Positions 9,298 through 17,949 are shown, counted from the first letter of the stretch. The stretch: DNA of 64,000 nucleotides from an uncultured Methanosarcinales archaeon (GCA_964351975.1 CAYGPK010000002.1:88772-152771); one strand, 5' to 3'. Numbers and translations: made by a program. The notes: generated from the sequence alone by a model not told the origin.

Positions 9298-9858
9298 TTA
9301 AAATCCATATACTCTTTCAAAATAAGCTCTATCGGCAGCTTCTGCAGCATCAGGAGTAAGATGTTCTGAACCATCTTTCGCCTTAAACCTTAAATTATAT
9401 CTCTCCCATTCTTCATCAGCAGCAAAAAGTTCTTCAGAAGTAGCATAATGTCCTCCATCTTTACTATTAAGCATAATTTTAGGAACAATACCTAAACCTT
9501 CTCTAAGAAAACCATCAATTCCCTCTCTTTGAGGAATATGAATTTTTAAAATATATAAATCACTAAAGATTTTTTCTAATATACTAGGACTATCATTATT
9601 TAAATTTGTGCTTCTTCTACTTTCATAATCTCTCATACCCATATCAACAGAAGCTTCAATACCATCTCTAAAATCTCTTCGAGATTCTTGAACCATTCTA
9701 TCAGTATCTATAAAATCATATCTGGGCTCAATATCAATCATTAATGCTCTTAATCTTTCTTGGTCTCTTCTAACCATTACAGCAGTATTAATCATATGAG
9801 GAAATGTGACAGGAGTACAAGTTTTTTCTAAATTAATAGGATTATATCTTTCTACCAT
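9298..9858 (-). CDS. Hypothetical protein (186 aa), R/D/E-rich, no recognised family
   Basis: Clean ORF with TTTATAAA (9880..9887) 21 nt upstream of the ATG. Arg-rich rather than Lys-rich, and visibly higher G+C than its surroundings. Confidence 0.6.
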   Translation of the reverse strand: MVERYNPINLEKTCTPVTFPHMINTAVMVRRDQERLRALMIDIEPRYDFIDTDRMVQESRRDFRDGIEASVDMGMRDYESRRSTNLNNDSPSILEKIFSDLYILKIHIPQREGIDGFLREGLGIVPKIMLNSKDGGHYATSEELFAADEEWERYNLRFKAKDGSEHLTPDAAEAADRAYFERVYGF

Positions 9859-9950
9859 AACTCTATATGTATTTCTATATTTATAAATCTACTCTTTATC
9901 TTTACCTATAGTAACAACAAATTCTATATATAGTTATCAACTAGAAAACC

Positions 9951-9958
9951 TTTATAAA
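9951..9958 (+). promoter_or_regulatory. TATA box (TTTATAAA) of the rps13 operon
   Basis: The only consensus box upstream of rps13. It lies 78 nt from the ATG, which implies a ~55-nt 5' UTR, unlike the leaderless genes. Confidence 0.5.
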
Positions 9959-9983
9959 GCGAAACTTGTTTCTTTTAACTAAT

Positions 9984-10019
9984 AGCGTACCGTGTGCCTT
10001 AAAGGTATGCGCTAGCACG
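9984..10019 (+). promoter_or_regulatory. GC-rich structured element in the rps13 operon leader (putative)
   Basis: agcgtaccgtgtgccttaaaggtatgcgctagcacg stands out in an AT-rich spacer. AGCG-UACC can pair with GGUA-(UG)-CGCU, giving 8 bp with a 2-nt bulge. Confidence 0.35.
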
Positions 10020-10036
10020 TTAATACATAACAAAAA

Positions 10037-10513
10037 ATGGCTATGCCGAATAAAAAACAAGAAATATCACTTATCAGAATTTTAGCAACTGATATCAGAG
10101 CAGAATCAACATTAATTTATGGCCTTTCAAATATTAAAGGTATAAGTTACATGTTTGCAAATGCAATGTGTAAAGTTCTAAAACTTGATAAACATATGAA
10201 AATCTCCGAATTGACAGATAAACAAATCGAGATGATTGAGCAGTTTTTAACAACTCCTAAAAAAACAGGAATTCCAAACTGGTTACTTAACAAAAGAAAG
10301 AACTATACAACTGGGGAAGATGAACATCTTGCATCAAAAGATATTGAATTCGACTTCTTACAATTACAAAGAAGATTAGGTAAAATCAAAACTTACAGAG
10401 GTTTAAGATTAAGATTAAGACTTACAGTAAGAGGTCAAAGAACTAAATCTAACTTTAGAAGAAGTAAAACACTCGCAGCAATGAAAGCTAAAAGTGGTGG
10501 AGGTAAGAAATAA
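10037..10513 (+). CDS. rps13: 30S ribosomal protein uS13
   Basis: RILATDIRAESTLIYGLSNIKGISYMFANAMC and the basic C-terminus are typical of S13. First gene of the conserved S13-S4-S11-RpoD cluster. Confidence 0.95.
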   Translation: MAMPNKKQEISLIRILATDIRAESTLIYGLSNIKGISYMFANAMCKVLKLDKHMKISELTDKQIEMIEQFLTTPKKTGIPNWLLNKRKNYTTGEDEHLASKDIEFDFLQLQRRLGKIKTYRGLRLRLRLTVRGQRTKSNFRRSKTLAAMKAKSGGGKK

Positions 10514-10515
10514 AA

Positions 10516-11160
10516 ATGGGTCTGCCTATCAAACACAGAAAAAAGTATGTTTCACATAAGAAAAAGTGGGACAAACAAACAATTGTTGATGAAGCAGTTT
10601 TAGTTTCAGATTATTCAATTAAGAATAAAAATGAAATTAGAAAAATTGAATTATTATTATCTAAATACAAAAAAATTGCTAAAGAAATGAATTCAAATGC
10701 TGATATCAAAAAAAGTGAAGAAGCAAAAAATTTTATTGAAAAATTAAAACAAAATGGATTTTTAACCTTAGAAGCAGAATCATTAGATGAAGTTTTAGAT
10801 ATTAAAGTAAGAGATATCCTTGAGCGAAGATTAGCAAATATTGTTTATAAAATGAAACTTGCAAAATCACCAAGTCAAGCAAGACAATTTGTAACTCATA
10901 AACATATTAGAGTTGGTGGAAAAATTATTACTTCTCCAACTTATCTGGTTTCATTAAAGTTAGAACCAACTATTGAATTTAGTGCTGTTTCAAGTTTAGC
11001 AGATGAAAATCATCCTGAAAGAAGATTAGGTGGAGATGGAATGGAAGCTGTTGAAGAAGAAATGGAACAAACACCACTTAAAGCTGTAGCTGATGAAAGT
11101 TTTGATGAAAAAGAAGCAAAACTAGATGAAGAAGAACAAGATGAGGATCAAAACAATTAA
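10516..11160 (+). CDS. rps4: 30S ribosomal protein uS4 with an acidic C-terminal extension
   Basis: N-terminus [21 protein letters not shown]4 RNA-binding domain [34 protein letters not shown] Shine-Dalgarno-like motif upstream. Tail is rich in D/E. Confidence 0.95.
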   Translation: MGLPIKHRKKYVSHKKKWDKQTIVDEAVLVSDYSIKNKNEIRKIELLLSKYKKIAKEMNSNADIKKSEEAKNFIEKLKQNGFLTLEAESLDEVLDIKVRDILERRLANIVYKMKLAKSPSQARQFVTHKHIRVGGKIITSPTYLVSLKLEPTIEFSAVSSLADENHPERRLGGDGMEAVEEEMEQTPLKAVADESFDEKEAKLDEEEQDEDQNN

Positions 11161-11161
11161 A

Positions 11162-11785
11162 ATGGCAGCAGAAACTAAAACCACTAAAAAAGCAGCTACT
11201 AAAACAGCTACTAAAAAAACTGAAAAAGTAGAAGCAAAAGTTAAAGATACAAAATCTGTTGAAATAGAAGTTCCAAAGGTTACTAAAGAAGAAGCAAAAA
11301 TTGCTAAACAAAAAGTTGAAGAAGCAACTAAAGAAACCAAACAAGAAATTGAACCAATTTTAGATAAAAAACCTGTTAGAAAAGAAGCAGTAAACAACAA
11401 CCTTAATTGGGGAATTTTACACATCTATTCATCATACAATAACACACACCTTCACGTAACTGATATTACTGGTTCAGAAACAATCGCAAAAGTTACAGGT
11501 GGAATGGTTACTAAATCCGATAGATTAAAAGCAACACCAAATATTGCAATGGCAGCAGCTAAGCAAGTTAGTGAAGATTGCCATAATAAAGGTGTTACAG
11601 CATTATATGTTAAACTTAGAGCAGTTGGAGGTCACAATGGACCAATGACACCAGGACCTGGAGCTCAAGCAGCAATTAGAATGCTTACAAGATATGGAAT
11701 TAAATTAGGTAGAATTGAAGATGTAACACCAGTTCCACACGACACTTGTCGTAAAAAAGGTGGAAGAAGAGGTAGAAGAGTATAA
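11162..11785 (+). CDS. rps11: 30S ribosomal protein uS11 with a K/E/T-rich N-terminal extension
   Basis: Core [21 protein letters not shown]...[30 protein letters not shown]...GGRRGRRV. Start set at the ATG just after the rps4 stop (MAAETK); the ORF-track start at 11126 overlaps rps4. Confidence 0.9.
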   Translation: MAAETKTTKKAATKTATKKTEKVEAKVKDTKSVEIEVPKVTKEEAKIAKQKVEEATKETKQEIEPILDKKPVRKEAVNNNLNWGILHIYSSYNNTHLHVTDITGSETIAKVTGGMVTKSDRLKATPNIAMAAAKQVSEDCHNKGVTALYVKLRAVGGHNGPMTPGPGAQAAIRMLTRYGIKLGRIEDVTPVPHDTCRKKGGRRGRRV

Positions 11786-11786
11786 A

Positions 11787-12383
11787 ATGACTACCAAAAT
11801 TAAAACTGATGGTGACATCTCAACTTTCACATTTGAGAATACACACAATTCAATTGTAAACTCAATTAGAAGAACAATCTTAGATGATGTTCCTACATTT
11901 GCAATTGAAGATGTAGAAATTGTAGTAAATGATTCTCCTTTATATGATGAAACACTTGCACACAGATTAGGTTTAATACCTCTTCGAACTGATTTAAAGA
12001 GTTATAACTTTAGAGAAGATTGTAAATGTGGAGGAATTGGATGCGCTTTATGTGAAGTTAAAATGACACTTAAAGCAGATACAGAAGGTTTTGTTTATTC
12101 AAAAGAACTTAACTCAGATGATCCTAAAATTGTTCCTGCGAACGATGAAATTCCAATTACTAAATTATTTGGAAGTAAAAAACTAGAAGTTAATATGAAA
12201 GCAACGTTAGGAACAGGAAGAGTTCATGCAAAATGGGCACCAGCTCATTCATACTTAAAGGAAGATGGCAAAAAAATTGATTTAATTGTAGAATCATTTG
12301 GACAATTAGAATCAAAAGAAATCTATAATAAAGCAATTGATATTTTATGTGCTAAAATAGATGAATTAGGAGGAAAACTATAA
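11787..12383 (+). CDS. rpoD: DNA-directed RNA polymerase subunit D (Rpo3)
   Basis: NSIVNSIRRTILDDVPTFAIEDVEIVVNDSPLYDETLAHRLGLIPLRTD plus a CxC..C..C cluster. Start is the ATG 1 nt after the rps11 stop. Confidence 0.9.
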   Translation: MTTKIKTDGDISTFTFENTHNSIVNSIRRTILDDVPTFAIEDVEIVVNDSPLYDETLAHRLGLIPLRTDLKSYNFREDCKCGGIGCALCEVKMTLKADTEGFVYSKELNSDDPKIVPANDEIPITKLFGSKKLEVNMKATLGTGRVHAKWAPAHSYLKEDGKKIDLIVESFGQLESKEIYNKAIDILCAKIDELGGKL

Positions 12384-12862
12384 TGACCGAGACAGATAAT
12401 GTGAAAGGTGGAAAAGTGAAAGGCGATGAAAAGTTTACTGTAATTGACGGTAAAGATTTAGTTTTAGGAAGATTAGGAGGTAGCGTTGCAAAGAGACTTC
12501 TTATGGGAGAGAGTATAAAAATTGTTAATTGTAAAGACGTTGTTATCTTAGGTAGAAAACAATTCTTAGTTAAAAAATACAAAGAAAAAATTACAAATAA
12601 AGTAATTAAACAAGGACCATACTATTCAAGAGCACCAAGTGATATTGTTAAAAGAGCATTTAGAAACATGCTTCCCTACAAAAATCAAAGAGGAGCTGAA
12701 GCATTTAAGAGATTAAAATGTTATAATTCAACTCCAAGTACATTAATTAGTGCACCTAAAGAAGAAATTACATCAGCTAAAATGGATAGTGCAAGTGTAT
12801 TTTACTATACAAAGGTAGGAGAAATTTCATTAGTATTAGGATATACTAAACAAGGTGAATAA
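12383..12862 (+). CDS. rpl13: 50S ribosomal protein uL13
   Basis: VIDGKDLVLGRLGGSVAKRLLMGESIKIVNCKDVVILG. AGGAGG Shine-Dalgarno motif 8 nt upstream. Overlaps the rpoD stop by 1 nt. Confidence 0.95.
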   Translation: MTETDNVKGGKVKGDEKFTVIDGKDLVLGRLGGSVAKRLLMGESIKIVNCKDVVILGRKQFLVKKYKEKITNKVIKQGPYYSRAPSDIVKRAFRNMLPYKNQRGAEAFKRLKCYNSTPSTLISAPKEEITSAKMDSASVFYYTKVGEISLVLGYTKQGE

Positions 12863-12864
12863 AA

Positions 12865-13272
12865 ATGGTTAAAGAAAATATAGTACAAACAACTGGAAAA
12901 AGAAAAACAAGTATTGCAAGAGCAACTGTTAAGAAAGGATCAGGAAAACTTATTGTTAATAATCAAGATTTAGCAGCTTATGTAAATTCTAATATTGTTG
13001 AATTAAAGGTTCGTGAACCATTAGTTATCTCAGGATTAGAAACTAGCTACGACATTAAGATTAATGTTTTAGGTGGTGGAAATAATTCCCAAGCTGAAGC
13101 TATGAGACAAGCAATCGCAAGAGCAATTGTAGAAATTACTGGTAAAGAAGAAATTAAAAAACAATTCCTAGAATATGATAGAAGTTTACTTGTATCAGAT
13201 ACTAGATTCAAAGAAATGAAGAAACCAAATAACTCACATGCGAGAGCTAAGAGACAAAAATCATATCGTTAA
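12865..13272 (+). CDS. rps9: 30S ribosomal protein uS9
   Basis: TGKRKTSIARATVKKGSGKLIVNN and C-terminal ARAKRQKSYR. Confidence 0.95.
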   Translation: MVKENIVQTTGKRKTSIARATVKKGSGKLIVNNQDLAAYVNSNIVELKVREPLVISGLETSYDIKINVLGGGNNSQAEAMRQAIARAIVEITGKEEIKKQFLEYDRSLLVSDTRFKEMKKPNNSHARAKRQKSYR

Positions 13273-13274
13273 AA

Positions 13275-13451
13275 ATGAAAACTAATACTAACTACGGATT
13301 TGTAAAGATAAAATGCCATGAATGTGGTCATGAAATGACTATTTTTGGTAAAAGCGCAACTGAAATTAAATGTACTAAATGCAACGAAGTTGTTTCTGTC
13401 CCTAGAGGTGGAAAATCAGCTATTAAGGCTGAAATTTTAGAATTACTTTAA
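13275..13451 (+). CDS. rps27e: 30S ribosomal protein eS27 (58 aa; absent from the ORF track)
   Basis: My translation is MKTNTNYGFVKIKCHECGHEMTIFGKSATEIKCTKCNEVVSVPRGGKSAIKAEILELL. It has a CxxC...CxxC zinc ribbon and PRGGK...ILE, closely like archaeal S27e. Confidence 0.85.
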   Translation: MKTNTNYGFVKIKCHECGHEMTIFGKSATEIKCTKCNEVVSVPRGGKSAIKAEILELL

Positions 13452-13490
13452 TTCTAACTAATTTTTATTCTGATTAATATAAAAACAATA

Positions 13491-13498
13491 TTTATAAA
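13491..13498 (+). promoter_or_regulatory. TATA box (TTTATAAA) for 13520..14362
   Basis: 21 nt between the box and the ATG at 13520. Confidence 0.5.
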
Positions 13499-13519
13499 TT
13501 ATCCTTTTAATTCTAATAT

Positions 13520-14362
13520 ATGGATATACACTTAATTGTAATTCTTTTGCTTACAATAGGTTTTGGATTTTTTTCAATTAAGTCTGATTTTAAAGAAAGA
13601 AAAGTATCAAATAATCTAACCTTTCCTTTCTTTTTAATTTCTTTTGCTTTATTTTTAGCATCACTACCAAAATATGTTTGGTTTGATTTTATTATAATTA
13701 TTTTAACGATTCTAGGATCATTTTACGTTTATAAAAAAGGAATTTGGGGCGCTGCTGATGGAAAAATTTTTGCAGGAATATCATTGTTATTAATTGCATA
13801 TGGAGAATCAACATATATTTTAAATTTTATAGTTAATCTTATGGTCTTTTATTTAATAACTATAACACTAGTGACATTAATTAGAACTAAGAAAAAAGAT
13901 AAACTTCAAATAATTAGAAAAATAGATTTACTTGAAGAAACTCTAATTATACTTTTTGCATTTGTATTTGTAAGATTAATATTCCTATTTCTAAATATAG
14001 ACCTTTCAAATGTATACCTTTTATTACTAGTATTTATAGGAATTCTAATTTTAGTTAATTTAGCTAAAAAACAATTAAGAAAATATCTTGATTCAGCACA
14101 TGACGATTTTGAATTAATCTTTAGTTTTGTTCTTTTAGCACTACTGGTATTTCTCAATAAAAGTTTCACATTCATCTTCGGGTTTGTAATAATTTTAATA
14201 ATTAAATTATTAATAAATCTAATCTCAAATTTAGCGCAGCACAGTGAGAAAAGTAAAAAAAAATACTATAGTCCTTTTACACTCTATCTATTCTCAGCAG
14301 GAATTTTCACACTAATAACTGGAAATAGTATTTTATTAATCATAATTAGATTGTTTCTATAA
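13520..14362 (+). CDS. A24-family prepilin/preflagellin peptidase homologue (polytopic membrane protein)
   Basis: First Asp context SIKSDFKERKVSN. Second Asp motif GIWGAADGKIFAG (GxGD-type). Multiple TM segments. Confidence 0.65.
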   Translation: MDIHLIVILLLTIGFGFFSIKSDFKERKVSNNLTFPFFLISFALFLASLPKYVWFDFIIIILTILGSFYVYKKGIWGAADGKIFAGISLLLIAYGESTYILNFIVNLMVFYLITITLVTLIRTKKKDKLQIIRKIDLLEETLIILFAFVFVRLIFLFLNIDLSNVYLLLLVFIGILILVNLAKKQLRKYLDSAHDDFELIFSFVLLALLVFLNKSFTFIFGFVIILIIKLLINLISNLAQHSEKSKKKYYSPFTLYLFSAGIFTLITGNSILLIIIRLFL

Positions 14363-14375
14363 AAAAAAGAAAAAG

Positions 14376-14681
14376 TTATCTCACTTTATAATTAAATCTT
14401 TTCTCATAACTTTTATGGTCTAACCATTCTAAAACAATACTTACAATTTGAATCTCATCTGAAACAATAGTATAAATTAATCTCCAATCCTTGTTAAGCT
14501 TTAAAATTCTTAAATTGTCTATTCTATATTTCTTAATATAAATTTTTGGAATTTGCTTCTTTTTAACAATTATTGAATCAGTTGGATGAATTTGAATATA
14601 TTTTATACCATTAACTATTAATTGATAAAGTGTATTTTCAAAAGATTTTCCTTTCTTAAGTTTTTCTAAAGACTCATTCAA
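14376..14681 (-). CDS. RelE/ParE-superfamily-like toxin (putative)
   Basis: C-terminal WRLIYTIVSDEIQIVSIVLEWLDHKSYEKRF resembles RelE/YoeB-type toxins. The ORF-track start is a TTG. The frame stays open upstream to 14729 (..KFKVKFIDESL..), so the true start is uncertain. It abuts a small wHTH-like gene. Confidence 0.45.
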   Translation of the reverse strand: MNESLEKLKKGKSFENTLYQLIVNGIKYIQIHPTDSIIVKKKQIPKIYIKKYRIDNLRILKLNKDWRLIYTIVSDEIQIVSIVLEWLDHKSYEKRFNYKVR

Positions 14682-14722
14682 AGATTCATCAATAAACTTT
14701 ACTTTAAATTTTCCATCACTCG

Positions 14723-14968
14723 TTAAAATTTAACCTCAACAGATTTTTTTAATAATTCAGGATTAAATGTCCACATAATTCTGTTTTTATCAAAAATTAT
14801 TTTATTTGAATCTCTAAGATATTCAATTATTATCTTAAATGTTTGGTATTGTACTTTTTTAGGCAAAGACAGCCATAATTCTTTCCTATTTGGATAATAA
14901 TCTAAATTTTTAATAGTATCTTCAACCATAATAATTGTATCTAACCTAGGGTAATGTAAAACTTCCAT
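14723..14968 (-). CDS. Small DNA-binding-like protein, putative antitoxin (81 aa)
   Basis: Start set at the internal MEVLHYPRLD, which has a TATA box 20 nt upstream. YQTFKIIIEYLRDSNKIIFDKNRIMW looks wHTH-like. Lies directly upstream of the toxin-like ORF. Confidence 0.45.
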   Translation of the reverse strand: MEVLHYPRLDTIIMVEDTIKNLDYYPNRKELWLSLPKKVQYQTFKIIIEYLRDSNKIIFDKNRIMWTFNPELLKKSVEVKF

Positions 14969-14997
14969 AATTGTATAAGTATATACAATTATATAAA
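14969..14997 (-). promoter_or_regulatory. Promoter plus palindromic operator candidate of the TA-like pair
   Basis: aattgtata-agta-tatacaatt (9-bp inverted arms, 14969..14990) sits between the ATG (14968) and the TATA TTTATATAA (reverse complement of 14989..14997). Confidence 0.45.
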
Positions 14998-15152
14998 TCT
15001 TTCTGATGATTTTTTCAATATTTATAAAATATTTTAATTTTTTCTTAATTTTATTAAAAACAACTTTCAAATCTTATAAATAAGAAATCAAATATTTATA
15101 TTAGATACTTAGTTCCTGTATTCTTGTATAACATCTTCACCACAACAAAACT

Positions 15153-15160
15153 TTTATAAA
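15153..15160 (+). promoter_or_regulatory. TATA box (TTTATAAA) for cdc48
   Basis: 22 nt between the box and the ATG at 15183. Confidence 0.55.
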
Positions 15161-15182
15161 CTTGAAATTCTATTTATAGATT

Positions 15183-17639
15183 ATGACAGAGGATGTAAAA
15201 TTAAAGGTGGCAGAAGCACATCAAGACGATGTTAATAGAGGAATCGTTAGAATTGATAGTGCAATTATGAGACAATTAGGATTAAGTGTTGGTGAAGCAG
15301 TAGGAATTAAGGGAGAACGTGAGACAATTGCAATTGTTGATAGAGCATATCCTAGTGATTTAGGACTTGAAATTGTTCGTATGGATGGAATTATTCGTAA
15401 AAACGCTAAAGTTAGTGTTGGAGAACAAGTTAAAGTATTCAAACCTGAATTAAAAGAAGCTCAAAAAGTAGTATTATCCCCTATGCAAGAATTTGCAATG
15501 CATCCAACAACTCTAAATACAATTAAAAAAGGACTTCTAAGAAAACCAATTATGCAAGGTGATATCATTACAATTGGAAGTAGTGGACCCGATAAAAGAG
15601 TTCAATTCTCTTCAAATAATCCTTTCGCAATTGATTTATTTAACGCAATTGAAGTAGATTTTTTAGGTTTTAATGTGAATAGTGCTAAATTCAAAGTAAC
15701 AAATGCAAAACCACAAGGTGGTGCTCTTGTAATTGGACCACAAACAATTATTGAAATAACAAATAAACCTGAAGAAGAATTAGAGGCAGGTGTTAACTAC
15801 GAAGATATTGGTGGTTTGAAATCTCAATTAGCAAAAATTAGAGAACTTGTTGAACTTCCATTAAGACATCCAGAAATTTTTGCCCAATTAGGAATCAACC
15901 CCCCAAAAGGAATTTTATTATACGGTCCACCAGGAACTGGTAAAACACTTCTAGCAAGAGCAATTGCAAATGAAACTGAGGCTAGTTTTTACTCAATATC
16001 AGCTCCAGAGATTGTAAATAAATTCTATGGAGAGTCAGAGAAGAAACTAAGAGAATTATTTGAAAAAGCAGAAAAAGATTCTCCATCAATTATCTTTATT
16101 GATGAAATTGATGCAATCGCTGCTAAAAGAGAAGAAGTTCAAGGTGAAACTGAAAAAAGAATTGTAGCTCAGCTTTTAACATTAATGGATGGACTAAATA
16201 AGAGTAATAAAGTAATTGTTATTGCTGCAACAAACAGACCTGATGCTCTTGATGAAGCATTAAGAAGACCAGGAAGATTTGATCGCGAATTAGAAATTGG
16301 TGTTCCAAAAGAAGATGATAGATTAGAAATTTTAAAAATTCACACAAGAGGAATGCCACTTGAAGTTCCAAATGAGTTTAAAAAATATGAAGTAAGTCTT
16401 AATAATTTTATCAAAAAACTTGATGATAAAAACAAAGAAAAAATAGACATAGGTAAAATCAAAGATGCATTTAAAAAAAGTAAATATGAAGCCCTAAAAC
16501 TAATGCCTGAAGAAGTTGTTGAAATTGTTCGTAAAAAAGATTCAGAAAAAACTCTACAAGTAATGGCAAGAACAACTCACGGATTTGCAGGTGCAGATTT
16601 AGAAGCACTTGTTAAAGAAGCAGCTTTTAATGTTTTAAGAAGGCATTTTCCCGATATGACATTTAATGAAAAAGAAGAAATTTCTCCAGATATTTTAAGT
16701 AAACTTGAAATTACTCAAGACGATTTCGCAGAAGCGCTAAAAGTAATTAGACCTTCTGCCATGCGTGAGTTTATGGTAGAAGTACCCCATGTTAAATGGA
16801 GTGATATTGGTGGTCTTGAGAACTTAAAACAACAATTAGCTGAAATGGTTGAATGGCCACTAAAAAATCCAGAGGCATTTAAGAGATTGGGAATTAAAGC
16901 TCCTAAAGGTATTTTATTATACGGTCCACCAGGAACAGGAAAAACACTTCTTGCAAAAGCTGTTGCAACAGAGACATCTTGTAATTTTATTTATGTGAAA
17001 GGGCCTGAAATCATTAACAAATATGTTGGTGAGAGTGAAAAGGCAATTAGAAAACTATTTCAAAAAGCAAGACAAAACTCTCCAAGTATTTTGTTCTTTG
17101 ATGAATTCGATGCAATTGCAGGAACAAGACTAGGTGGAGATCGTGGAAAATCAACTGATACAATGGTTAATCAAATCTTAACTGAAATTGATGGACTTGA
17201 AGACTTGGTAAATGTTAAAGTTCTTGCTGCAACAAATAGACCAGGATTAATTGACCCTGCACTTTTAAGACCGGGAAGATTTGACAAATTAGTTTTAGTT
17301 GATATTCCAAATTTAGAAGCTAGAGAATCCATACTTAATATTTATCTAAACAGAAGTCCAATTAAAGGAGATAAAGAAAAATTAATTAAATTACTTGCAA
17401 GTAAAACAGAAGGATACGTTGGAGCAGATTTAGACGCTCTTACTCGTGAAGCAGGATTAATCGCCCTTCGAAGAGATATTAAAGCTGAAGAAATCGATGA
17501 GAAAGACTTTGACGAGGCTATGAAAGTAATCAAACCAAGTGTAAATATAGAATTACAAAAACACTATCAAGAAATTGAAAAAGATATGAAAAATCCTAAG
17601 AAAGAACTAGAAACTTTGAATATGTCAAGTTATAGTTAA
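15183..17639 (+). CDS. cdc48: CDC48/VCP-type AAA+ ATPase (N domain plus two AAA domains)
   Basis: GILLYGPPGTGKTLLA occurs twice, with IIFIDEIDA / ILFFDEFDA Walker B motifs and ATNRP..(L/I)D.AL.RPGRFD twice. N-terminal LKVAEAHQDDVNRGIVRID. Confidence 0.95.
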   Translation: MTEDVKLKVAEAHQDDVNRGIVRIDSAIMRQLGLSVGEAVGIKGERETIAIVDRAYPSDLGLEIVRMDGIIRKNAKVSVGEQVKVFKPELKEAQKVVLSPMQEFAMHPTTLNTIKKGLLRKPIMQGDIITIGSSGPDKRVQFSSNNPFAIDLFNAIEVDFLGFNVNSAKFKVTNAKPQGGALVIGPQTIIEITNKPEEELEAGVNYEDIGGLKSQLAKIRELVELPLRHPEIFAQLGINPPKGILLYGPPGTGKTLLARAIANETEASFYSISAPEIVNKFYGESEKKLRELFEKAEKDSPSIIFIDEIDAIAAKREEVQGETEKRIVAQLLTLMDGLNKSNKVIVIAATNRPDALDEALRRPGRFDRELEIGVPKEDDRLEILKIHTRGMPLEVPNEFKKYEVSLNNFIKKLDDKNKEKIDIGKIKDAFKKSKYEALKLMPEEVVEIVRKKDSEKTLQVMARTTHGFAGADLEALVKEAAFNVLRRHFPDMTFNEKEEISPDILSKLEITQDDFAEALKVIRPSAMREFMVEVPHVKWSDIGGLENLKQQLAEMVEWPLKNPEAFKRLGIKAPKGILLYGPPGTGKTLLAKAVATETSCNFIYVKGPEIINKYVGESEKAIRKLFQKARQNSPSILFFDEFDAIAGTRLGGDRGKSTDTMVNQILTEIDGLEDLVNVKVLAATNRPGLIDPALLRPGRFDKLVLVDIPNLEARESILNIYLNRSPIKGDKEKLIKLLASKTEGYVGADLDALTREAGLIALRRDIKAEEIDEKDFDEAMKVIKPSVNIELQKHYQEIEKDMKNPKKELETLNMSSYS

Positions 17640-17706
17640 AACTAATTGCGAGGCAGTTAAGAGATTTGTGATGTTTAAGAATTGTTAATTTCTGAAAATC
17701 TTAAAT

Positions 17707-17949
17707 TTATTTTAAACTTTTTTTTAAATTTAAATACAAATAAGAAATAAATAATAGTAAAATTAACAAAAATAAATTAGAAAAACCAAAAATAATAATT
17801 AAAATTTTATCAGAATAAAATCTAAAAAATAATTTATCTGCTAATAAAATAATTAAATTTCCTAATATCCCAAAAACTAAACCAAAAGTTAATCCTGTAA
17901 TAAGATGCATTAGAGATTCATTTGAATTTTTTTCTTCGTCTTTTACCAT
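17707..17949 (-). CDS. Small membrane protein (80 aa)
   Basis: Start set at the internal MVKDEEK, 1 nt after the upstream stop. Two hydrophobic helices. Confidence 0.45.
   Translation of the reverse strand: MVKDEEKNSNESLMHLITGLTFGLVFGILGNLIILLADKLFFRFYSDKILIIIFGFSNLFLLILLLFISYLYLNLKKSLK

Noticed and set aside
9984-10019. GC-rich island upstream of rps13, considered as a tRNA or other small RNA gene.
   Set aside because: It is only ~36 nt long with a single bulged stem. There is no cloverleaf and no box C/D or H/ACA features that I can see. It is better explained as part of the rps13 5' UTR and is reported as such.
13275-13451. Expected RpoN (Rpo10) after rps9.
   Set aside because: The translation has the eS27 zinc-ribbon pattern (KCxxCG...KCxxC...PRGGK), not the RpoN N-terminal PVRCFTCG motif. 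It is called eS27.
16362-16556. Possible intein in CDC48.
   Set aside because: The insertion is only ~65 aa and Lys-rich. It lacks a Cys/Ser at its N-terminal junction, a terminal His-Asn, and a downstream nucleophile.
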